A stretch of 64,000 nucleotides of DNA. Origin: Salpingoeca rosetta (Eukaryota > Protista > Choanoflagellata). This document shows, piece by piece, positions 1 through 22,086 of the stretch; within the stretch, counting starts at the first letter, position 1, and each line of letters begins with the position of its first letter. The stretch is from positions 130,097 to 194,096 of the forward strand of contig JAWQFM010000016.1 of the NCBI GenBank assembly GCA_033442325.1, written 5' to 3'. Both the position numbers and the translations under genes were made by a program. A model generated the notes under the pieces. That model was not told where the DNA came from and did not search any database. It saw only the letters and a program-made list of their open reading frames with translations.

Positions 1-80
<80 letters not shown>
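1..80. repeat. (GT)n microsatellite, truncated by window start
   Basis: Perfect GT dinucleotide run at 1-80. Confidence 0.98.
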
Positions 81-82
<2 letters not shown>

Positions 83-600
83 TTATTAAAATAGTAGTAG
101 TTGGTGTTGTTGATGGGGTTGTACTTGTATGCTTAGGGTTGTCAGGGCACGGTAGAGGAGGGAGGAATAGGACGAAATGAGTCATGTGAGGAAGAGGATA
201 GGTACACCACAACATGGCACTCACAAACAAGCGAAACGCAAGGGGGAAGAGAAGAGCGAGCAGAACAACACACAGGAGCAAAGAAGCGAAGAAGGGGAAG
301 GAGAAAGCAGCAAGGCAACAAAATTGCTGCGAACGGCTGGGACATGAGGGAGACGTGACATGATGACTGCAAACTGCAAACAACAGTGTTCCATCAAAGC
401 TGATGCTGCTTCGGGTACAACGCCCGAGATCATGAAGCGGTTGATGAGAGACCCATCTCATCAAATCAACCCACTGTTTCCGTTCAAATTAGTGTGCCAT
501 AAAAGCCATCGCTCTGGCACAATCGGCTGGGTGTGTGCCGTAAGCACACACACTGCTTGATTTAACACTATGGGGTATATGCAGCTGCGGCAGCACTTCG

Positions 601-1395
601 TCACACCGCTTTGCCAAACATACGCTTCAGTTGGATGTACGTTTTGCGTTGTGCTCTTGCGTCCAACTTTGAGCCGTACGTCAGATCTGCAAGTGGAGTG
701 GGTGTCATGTGGTACCAAGGGTGAGAAACAAGGCACAAGAAGGAGAGGGGTACAAGATGCAAGGGTACACCGTCGCCAAAACCCGAATACGCAACGCAGG
801 TGCGCTGATGTGGGATGATGATATCACGTACTCCTTTTGTCACTGCGTAAGCCTGTACAATTCATACCACATGGTGCAAACTCGGGTGAGTGAAGAAAAC
901 GGCGTGTGTGTGAGCACTTACCAAGGCACGTGAGCAAACATCAACATCACACCAGGAAGGCAAATCCATGCGACACATACCGTGGAAATCAGGGAGCACA
1001 TCAAAGTGGTACAGCTTTGGAATCACGCTCGCGGTGGCACTGTCCCACGGCATCACCCATGTGAAGCGATACTCATGAAGACGGTCGTTGGATATGACGA
1101 CATAAGTCTTGTGCTTGCGCTGCTTGACTCCGGCATCCTTGTCAATGCAGACAGTCCATGAAATGCCTTGTCCTCCTGGCTGCGCCACAAAGCTCCAGGC
1201 GCACTCGCGCACCTCCCTTGTGATGTGCGGCGGAACGCTGCCACGCATGCTGCTGGGCATCGTTCCTGTACGTAGGTGAATGATGTCTGCGGCGCAGTCT
1301 CTGTTCGCACCGTCCTTTCGGGATATTGGCACGCGAGGCAGCGTCAACCTACGTCTGTTCACAGATATCCACGGCTTTTGTTGGCATGTAGTCAT
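601..1395 (-). CDS. Putative PemK/MazF-like (endoribonuclease-fold) protein, 3 exons; start codon uncertain
   Basis: Proposed exons 1395-981, 842-771, 686-601. Introns are GTATGT..GCAG (980-843) and GTGTAC..GCAG (770-687), both phase 1 and compatible. Product: ...GISWTVCIDKDAGVKQRKHKTYVVISNDRLHEYRFTWVMPWDS...LYHFDVLPDFHVTKGVRDIIIPHQRTCVAYSGFGDDLTYGSKLDARAQRKTYIQLKRMFGKAV*. Resembles the MazF/PemK consensus by eye only. Confidence 0.45.
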
Positions 1396-1717
1396 CACGG
1401 CCAATACTCGTCCATCGGAGCAGACGCTTAAAGGAACGCAGAAGCGCTCGCCGTCGTGTTTGCCTTGTTTTTCGCGGCCAACAACGTTGTTGCTGGCTCC
1501 GTGCAGGCGGAACTTTGGCACTGCAAATGAATGACGTCCAGTCGCACGTACAACCACACAGGGGGAGGGGTGTTCAGTCCTGGGATGAGCACACAGTGGA
1601 TCGTTGTGACAATAAGGTGCCCAGGCAAGCAGGCGGGGCGACGTCGTCACACATGCGCGCGCACAACACACACACAGACACAGACAGACACAGACAGACA
1701 GACAGACACACACACAC

Positions 1718-1791
<74 letters not shown>

Positions 1792-2213
1792 CAATTGACA
1801 GAACGTACATGGCATAAGGGGGTGTCGGGTAGACAGTCTCTTTGTGAGAGAGTCGACTAGGAGGGAAACCAAGGAATGGGATAAATGGCGCCACACTATC
1901 GTGCGTTCCTTTCCTTGCGCTGGTGATGACACACATGTTCTCTCACTTGGGCGATGACATCGCAAACACGGTATTGCATAACACCGTGCCTCTGCGGACT
2001 GCCGTGTCCCCGTCCTCTCGCTCAGGGTGTGACAGTCGGACAGTGACACTGACATGGCCTATGTTTCTCTCTGTCAGTTCCACTGGCACTGACGCACTTC
2101 CGGACCATTCCATATTTGGCACAGCATCACACCGCACAAGCGGTTTTGCCAATTGTCCTCCTCCATTGCCCGCAATTGGCAAAACCCGACTCCAACAACC
2201 ACCAACGACAACA

Positions 2214-4182
<1,969 letters not shown>

Positions 4183-4810
4183 GTAAAAGGTGGAGGCAAG
4201 GTGGAGAGGTTGAAGTGGGGGAGGGGGGACGTTGGTATCCGTGTATTCGACTGCGTGCGTGTGTTTGACTGCGTGCGTGGGGTTGCATGAATGCGTGTGG
4301 TTACATGAATGCGTGTGCTCTGTTGCGAGCGTGTGCTTGTGGGTGGTCATTCAGATGATGCGATGATGAGATGGTGATACGAAATGTTCAAAGTGATCGT
4401 TTGTAGTGTTTGTTGTTACAGCACGTGGCATAGCGCACAGGGTAGCGTGAATTGCATGTTGACAGAGCACGAAAACAAAAACTCTTAAAACATAACTGGC
4501 CAACAGCATGTTGCCTGTACAGTGATCATTGCGAGAGTGAAGATGGCGTGGAGGGGAGAAAGCGAGCCAGCAAGAATGGGCGGCGAAAGAAATAACAAAT
4601 TCATGAAGGAAGTTAGGAAAGCAAAACAACAAGGCGGAGCAAACACACAGACACACGCACGCTCACACACGCACACACAGACACAGACACAGACACAGGC
4701 ACAGACACAGACACACGGACAGAGACACACACACGGACACAGACACGGACACAGACACAGACACAGACGCACAGACACGCAAACACACACACACAGACAC
4801 AGACACAACA

Positions 4811-5891
4811 TCACAGGCTGGTGATGTGTTTGGCGGTCTTGACGTTTGCTGGCTTGGGCTTTGGCTTTGGTTTCGTCGCTGCCCGTGCCGTTGATGCCGG
4901 CCCTGATGCTGAAGTAGTGGTGGTGTCGGTCTGGTCTGTGCCGTCGGCGTGGCGGAGGGTGGTGCGGAGAGACGCAAACGACTCCTCTGTGTCGTGCTCA
5001 GCAGCCGCGGCCTCCTGCTGGCGAAGACGCTTCTCGTCAGAGGGCACGTGCTGCCGTGGTGGCGTGGTGGAATGTTGGCGAAGGGGGTGCGGGAATTTGA
5101 GTGAGTGAGTGAGTGAGTGAGTGAGTGAGATTGTGAGTGAGTGAGTGAGATTGTGAGTGAGTGAGTGAGTGAGTGAGTGAGTCAGTGTTACTTTGCCGTG
5201 AAAGCACACACATGAGCAGAAAGGCAAACGAGTACAGAAGTCACGAGTCCACGAGAACATACGCGGAGGTGGGGCAGGCTGCCACGTGGAAACGTGACGG
5301 AATGCTCCGATGGACTCTTCTCCTTCATGCTGCGGTGGCAAAGAAAAGGCACGTTGTTGTGTGTTGTGTGTTGCGTGTGCGTGTTGTGTGTGTGTGGTGT
5401 GCGTGTTGCGTGTGCGTTGTGTGAATGATGTGTGAGGCATCATCTGACACATGGGGTGGGCGAGCGGCAATGCCAATCATCACCCAAATGCACCAACACA
5501 CAAACACACGAATGGGGCAACACCGGCGTCTCCGCGGGTACCTGGTATGCTCTCGTCGCTTCAGACGCGCCGCTCCCCTGTACACACACGCACACACACG
5601 CATGTGAGCAATCGTCGGCCAGCGTCGTCACGGCCACGACCACGACGACCATCATCACCACCAATATCAGCACGCACAGTGATGTGCCACAACAGTTTCA
5701 ACACCATGACATGCGTCTCTGCAAGAACGCAATCGTTTCTTACTTCATGGCTGCGACCTGGGCAAGGTCTGACGGGTCCGCCTGCTTGCTGGCACTGCTT
5801 CCACTCTCACTATCACCGTGACGATGGTGGTGAAGGCAATACGCGTAGTGTGAGCGCACGGCATGTGTCACACCCACACCCACACATCCAC

Positions 5892-5922
<31 letters not shown>

Positions 5923-6674
5923 CCCACACACACCCACACATGCACCTCTTTCCTCCCACACTAGTCCCAAGCCGTGCACACCTTGCTTGCGACGGGGGTG
6001 TGTGCCTGAGGCCGCTGGCAGCAGAGTGGAGAGCGGCTGCAGACAGTGCCGGTCGCGCTGAAGGAAGAGGAGGGGAGGAGGTTGGAGGTGTGCACGGATA
6101 TGAGGGCAAAGTGTTGTGGTCGTGGGGAGAAGCAGCGAACCAACACAGGCAGGCAGGTGGGTACACTGACAGGCAGACAGACAGGCAGAGAGATAGACAG
6201 AGAGATACATGCGCACACACATACAGACACACACACAGAGACACAGACAGACACAGACACACACACACCCACACACAGACACACACACACGCACACACAC
6301 TCACACACACACACACACACACACAAACAAACAAACAAACAACTGACAGGCTGATGTGGCCGACGATGTGAAGGACGCCATGGATGGAGGAGGAGGCGGA
6401 GGCGGAGGCGGTGGTGGTGCACCTGCATCAGAGGATGATGGTGCAGAGGTGTCACCACTACCCTGTCCATCTCCGCTGTCACTGCTGTCGCGCGGCGGTG
6501 CTGGTGGCATGGGTGGTGGCGGTGGCAGGGCGTCGAAGCTGTCGGTCAACGTGTCAAACGCCGCCTCCGACAGCCGCGCTAGTGGTGGGGGGAGGGGACG
6601 AGGAAGGGCAGGGCAACAGGTTGAGGGCTGGCCGTCATCATGTGACAAAAAACACATACAGACACACAGCCACA

Positions 6675-6716
<42 letters not shown>

Positions 6717-9520
6717 TACAAACACACAGACACACACACACACATACACACACACACACACGCACATACACACACGCGCAGTCTCACTGTCCCTCTCACG
6801 AATGAATGTGTGCCTCTCCCATCCGCATCACCAACACGTACGTGGCAGTGGCGGGCCAGCGTCATCTGGCGGCGGCGGCGGCAACTCATCACCATCACCA
6901 TCACCATCACCATCACCATCACCACTGTAATCGGACGATGGCTGCTGTCGACGCGCCCCTCCCTGCCAGTGTCTCTGCCTCCCACTGCCAGCACCACCGC
7001 TGTAATCGTCATCGTAGCCACCCTCGGCCTCGTGTGTGCTGCGCGTGTGCGAGCTGCGCCCATCGCTGCTGTTGCCATCATTGCCGTGGTCCTCGTTGTA
7101 CATGGCATCAGAGACGGCTGCAAACGACAGCCGCTGCCCCTGCTGCGTTGCCAGATGTCCGTTTTCCTGCGCGCGTGCGGCGGTGTCTTGCGTCGTGTCA
7201 GCGTCCGTGTCGGACTCTCCGTCCAGCTGCTGATCTGTCCGCTTGTGTCCTTTGCTCACGCGGCTGTACATTCCGTTCAGCTCTTCCTCCGTAAACAGCG
7301 GCGCACTCGTGTCCGACCCAGCACCATCGCCATCGTCATCATCGTCATCGTCGTCGCCTTCGTACGCCTCCCCATATGGACGGTACCGCTTGCTGGTGCG
7401 TGCCGTATCTGCGTGACCGGGTGTGATGGTGATGGCGGGATACTGGCTGCTGCCATTGCCAGCACGCTGCTGCGCATATGCCGTAATGGTGTTGCCGTTG
7501 ATGTCAAACCCGTTTGCCTTTGTGAGGTTGCGGAAGTGCTCGTTGAACGGCACGGCATCCGGGGCGTTGGCGAGGGCAACCGTCCCGTCCACGCGTGTGC
7601 GCAGCGTGGCGAGTTCAGGGGAGCACGCCAGCTCGTATGAGGCAAGCTCGCACAGCACGCGGGAGAGGGCGCAGAAGCGGCTGCGTTCCATCACGTGTGC
7701 GCGGTCGTAAAAATTCTTCTGCTGCTTGCTGTACTCGGCTGTGGACGCCGCGAGCTGGCGGCATTGCTTGGCGCACTCTGTCTCGTGTTCATTGTCCTTG
7801 GCCTTTCGGTTCTTCTTCGCCGCTTTGGACACCCCGTGTATGTTCTTCTTCACTGTGCGTCGAAGGCTCGTCGTGTCTTCATGTGCGAGTGAGAGAGTGA
7901 GAGAGTGAGAGAGTGAGAGAGTGAGAGAGTGAGTCAGTGAGAGAGAGAGTGAGTGAGTGAGTGAGTGAGTCAGTGAGTGCGTGCGTGAGTGAGTGAGTGT
8001 GTATGAGTGTGTATGAGTGTGTGTGTGTGTGAGTGAGCGTGTGAGTGATTGAGTGAGAGAGTGAGAGAGCGGGAGAGTGAGTGAAGGTTGTTCGTTCGTT
8101 CGTTCGTTCGTTCATTTGTTCGTTTGGTTGTTCGTTTGTTCGTGAGAGTGAATGAAACTTCGTGTACAGAAATGGGTGCTTGCATGCATTGTGACGCACT
8201 TTTGACAAACTCCTTTTCCAGCTGGGCGGCCTCCTCATGCCACGTATCCTGTCGCGATTTGAGCAGTGGGATCAGCTCCGACAACATGCTCCTGCAATGC
8301 GCGCAAAAGTATGAGAGTGTGTGTGTGTGTGCGTGTGTGTGTGCGTGAGTGAAGCAGCAGAGGGTGAAACGAAGAAGTAATGGGTGCGCGTGTTGCTGCG
8401 TGTGTGGGCGTTGCTGTGTCGTGGAGGAATGGTGTGATGACTGCGACACAAAGATGATGATGACGACACAGAGAGTGACATGTGATCCCACGTACAGGGA
8501 GGCCTCGTGCCGCTGCTCGTTGACGCGTGCCAGGCTGTGCAGCAGTGAGTCTGCAGACTCGCACAACGTGGATGTATCGCCTACACCACGCACGCACGGG
8601 AAGCTGCATGAGCCACAGGTAGGAGGAACAAGGATCGCTGACGCAGACGCACTGTGTGCGAGATTCCGAGATGTCACCACCACCAGGCGCGCACACACAA
8701 TGCACAAGGCACACAAGGCACACAAGGCACACACCCACACACACCCACACACACACACACCCACACACACACACACCCACACACACACACACTCACACAC
8801 AAGCTCACCTGCGACGTCTTTGCCTGTGTTGAGGAGGTCTTGTACAGCGTCTTGCAGGTCCGCAAATGTGCGGCACGCTTGCCTGTTGTGCCAAACAGCA
8901 CACAAGGTATCATCAGTGCAAACGCGTTTGGTTGGGATCTCAAGGTGTATTGTTGGGAGCGCCACGTCATGTCACACCTCCACATGCGCAAATACCAAGA
9001 CACTTACGCCAGCGTGGCCTGGTACTTGTTGCACAGCTTGATCACATCCTCCCAGCACATGTGGTTGTCCTGATGATGAAGGAGCAGGTGATCCCGTATG
9101 AGAAGGGGTGCGCCACAAGAAGCAATCACACTGTAGGGCTCATCAACAGCATCCGTCAACAACTTCAACATCAACAACCTCAACATCTTCACCATCTTCA
9201 ACAACACCAACATCTTCACCAACACCAACACCAACATCCTCAACACCATCGACACCAACCATCAACTTCAACAACATCAACAACATCAACACCAAGTTCA
9301 CCAACATCAACAACATCAACACCATCCACATCAATCGTGTCATGATCATGATCATGATGTGCAGCTCTTTGTGTCCCCTCCCCTCACTTCACGTGGCATG
9401 GCTCACCTGCACTCTGCCAATACAGGTTGTCGTGAACGTGGTGCAGATGCCAGCAAAGGCCATATCCTGCCTTGCCTGGCGCGTGAGCGCCTGCGCCTGC
9501 TTGGCGTTGCCCGAAGCCAT
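4811..9520 (-). CDS. I-BAR (IMD) domain protein, MIM/MTSS-like, with polyproline region and multiple WH2-like motifs; ~12 exons
   Basis: ATG at 9520 (MASGNAKQ...). The phase-consistent exon chain gives [38 protein letters not shown] and [22 protein letters not shown] (compare MTSS1 EERGRFCTFISML). This is followed by PPPP tracts and LRHT/LKRR/LRHV/LRHA motifs; stop at 4811-4813. Confidence 0.78.
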
Positions 9521-10011
9521 CGTCCTTGCTCGATCTGCTGCTGTTGTGATCTCTCGCTCGTCGTCTTCGCGTCGAGTGTTGCTGTATCGGTTATGAAAAA
9601 TGTCGTGTCGGGAGCGGTTTTCGCTGGCGGCGCTGCTGCTGCTTTGCTTTGCTGGGTTGCTTTATGTTAACGAGTTGCTTCATGTCTCATCACCACCGCA
9701 GCGGCACCCATGCATGCGCGCTGTGTGTGCTGTTTGCTTTTGGTTTGTTTACTACGTCTGCTTAGATGGGAAACGCGCAGAAGACCGACAGACAGGAAGC
9801 TGAAGCAACACACGTTTGCTTGCTCACACAGCATCACCATCGCGCATTGGCACACGCGCCAAGCAAGCGCCAAATCATTGTTAAGGCCAGCAATGTACAA
9901 GGAAGAAAGCAGAAGAAAGTGGAGTGTGTTGTGTTTGTGTTTGTGTTGTGTGTTCGTATTGTATAGTTTGTGTGTTTGTGTTGTGTTTGTGTTTTGTGTT
10001 GTGTGGGCGGT

Positions 10012-10530
10012 TCAGCCCTGGAAGATGCCCCTGTGTGCATCCATCACCTTCAGTGCCTCACCATACTTCTTCAGATCTGCGTATTCACGTGCACGTGCAC
10101 GTGCATGTGTGTGTGTGTGAATACAAGATGGGCAAGAGAGCGGAAGCAGTGAGCAAGCGGGTGAGAACAACACGGGTGACAGCGCAAGCGTCTACATCGC
10201 CCACAGACACAACATGGCTGTCGCACGCACTGCACTCACACACACTCTCTCTCAAACACACATCACACTCACCAAAGTTGTCGCCAAAGTTGGACATGGT
10301 CCAGCCAGTCATTGTACCGTCCGCGTTCACCTTGCCGGTCACCTCAATGCACTTGGTCAAGTCGCTCTGCCATTGTGTGGGTTGAGACAAGAGAGACGGA
10401 GAGGGGAAGAGAGATGGAGAGTGGGAGAGGGAGAGAGGGAGAGAGGAAGAGGGGGAGGGTGAGGGTGAAAGAGACACAAAGAGACAAGTATACACAGATC
10501 CACACACACACAGACACACAAGCAAGCACA

Positions 10531-10573
<43 letters not shown>

Positions 10574-10799
10574 GCAAGCACACACGCAGACACGCACACA
10601 GACACACACACACACAGACACACACACGCACTCTCACCACTGCGGCGTCGAAGATGACGCGCACGTTTGATCCGTCTGCTGCCTGCATGTCCACCACGGT
10701 GGAGCCGTCGTGGCTCAGCACCTCGCCCACCAGCACCACCGTCTCATCCACGTGGTCGTTGAGATCAGACCCTGCAAGCCGCGCCTTGAACGTGTCCAT
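10012..10799 (-). CDS. RPA3: Replication protein A 14 kDa subunit (OB fold), 3 exons
   Basis: MDTFKARLAGSDLNDHVDETVVLVGEV...MQAADGSNVRV | SDLTKCIEVTGKV...NFGDNF | DLKKYGEALKVMDAHRGIFQG*. Size (~110 aa) and motifs match RPA14. Confidence 0.9.
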
Positions 10800-10863
10800 C
10801 GCTGCTCGTCTCGTGCGTGTGTGCGTGCTTGTATCTGTGCTTGTGTGGTTTGCGCAGTCTTGT

Positions 10864-10893
10864 TTTGGCGCGAAACTTTTTCTGCGCGGCAAA
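10864..10893 (-). promoter_or_regulatory. E2F-type sites in the RPA3/mannosidase divergent promoter
   Basis: Minus strand TTTCGCGCCAAA (10875-10864) and TTTGCCGC (10893-10886), both matching TTTSSCGC, 65-95 nt upstream of the RPA3 ATG. Confidence 0.65.
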
Positions 10894-10997
10894 TCAAGTT
10901 CGACGAAGACAAATGAAGCTTTTCTGTCATTGGGACATTTATCGAAAATCATCCCATTTATTTCCACCTTCACTGGCGAAACACAAACAAGGCCGAG

Positions 10998-18171
<7,174 letters not shown>

Positions 18172-18937
18172 TGGTTGTGTGATGGTGGACTCACGGGGAT
18201 GGGGGTATTGGTACAGGAGGTGTGCTGTGTGCTGGTTGACGAGGCAAGCGGCATGCGATGATGCATGGTCACGTTTTCTGCTTCACTGCCTGCAACGGTC
18301 CCATTCTCGTCCACCACCCACCCCCTCTGCTGTCTAACGCATTCGTGCATCACGACCACATTGGTCCACCCTTGTTTTCTTTCGTGTCTGTTTGGTTTTC
18401 ACCGCCATGTGTGCTTCATGGCCCGACTCTTGTGTTGACGTGTGATGATGTTGTGATGTGATACTTTGTTCGTTTGTGCGTTCATCATTTCGCTGGCTGT
18501 GCATGTGATACATGTTCAACCCAGCCCCTTGTTGTGGCGTGCGCCTACGCCAAAACCCGCGACCAGTCGTGTCATTCTTATGCTGCTTTTCCCCCCCACG
18601 TCACTGTGCCCAATCCACTCTGTTTGCGTGATGTATGTGGTTGGGTGCTTCGTGCACCCGCAATGCCCCAATGCCAGCCACCGTCACAGCATGTCACGAT
18701 CTTACTCGTAGCAGCGCACCACAGTGAACAGTCGGGACTCAAAACGTCGATGAGGAAAGGGAAATTGGATGTTGGTGTGAAACCGATTCGTGAAGACAGC
18801 AAGAATGGAGGGGGGGGGGGTGGAGAATAGGGGAGCACAAGAACACGACTGAGGGAGGTGAAACATGCACGTTGCATCAGGGAGGGGCTAAATGGCTTCC
18901 CACGCCGCGCACATAGCGGATGCACGCTCGTACATCC

Positions 18938-21429
<2,492 letters not shown>

Positions 21430-21447
21430 CTTCCTTTTCGTCTTTCT

Positions 21448-21516
21448 CTTCTTCTTCTTCTTCTTCTTCTTCTTCTTCTTCTTCTTCTTCTTCTTCTTCT
21501 TCTTCTCTTCTTCTTC
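21448..21516. repeat. (TTC)n/(GAA)n trinucleotide tract within the 125-bp divergent promoter
   Basis: About 20 TTC units between the SGTA and TXNDC15-like start codons. Confidence 0.95.
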
Positions 21517-21554
21517 GCTGACAAAAATCACACACACACACACACGACAACGGC

Positions 21555-21641
21555 ATGAGAGCACAGCATCAAGGTCTCGGTGGTGCTGTGACGGTGACGG
21601 CGATGGTGCTGGCGGCAGCGGTGGTGCTGTGCTGCACAGCC

Positions 21642-21682
<41 letters not shown>

Positions 21683-22020
21683 CTTGGCTACGAGCTTGTC
21701 GCACGTTGGGCCGTTCAACTCGACCTTCTCCAGCATCGTCATGCTTCCCGCAGCACCGGTTCGTTCGTTCGTGCGTGTGCCAGTGGCAATGTGTGCGTCA
21801 GCTGTGCGTGCGTCAACTGCGTACGTGTCATGTCTTTGGGTCACTAACAACCAGCTCACAACCAATCACCGTTGCCGTACGTTGGTCGTCATCAGGGCGG
21901 GGTGTCCTGTGAGGTCACGTGTCCCGCCGAATCGCTCGTGACGGCCCGAGTTGAGCTGCCTCCCGTCCCAGAAACCTGCCTGTGTGGCGTAAGTCACTCG
22001 TTGCCCAGCACCTGTCGCTT

Positions 22021-22086
<66 letters not shown>

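Noticed and set aside
853-921. Alternative intron (GTAAGT at 921 to CAG at 853) for the PemK-like gene
   Set aside because: It is also in frame, but adds ~23 residues that fit PemK spacing less well than intron 980-843. It is kept only as a possible isoform.
82-1650. Possible transposon, given the microsatellite-free and compositionally distinct stretch
   Set aside because: No terminal repeats, target-site duplication or transposase/RT motifs seen. A multi-copy search is needed to exclude it fully.
9160-9335. His/Gln/Asn-rich ORFs from (CAACAT)-type repeats
   Set aside because: They lie within intron 1 of the I-BAR gene and are low-complexity only.
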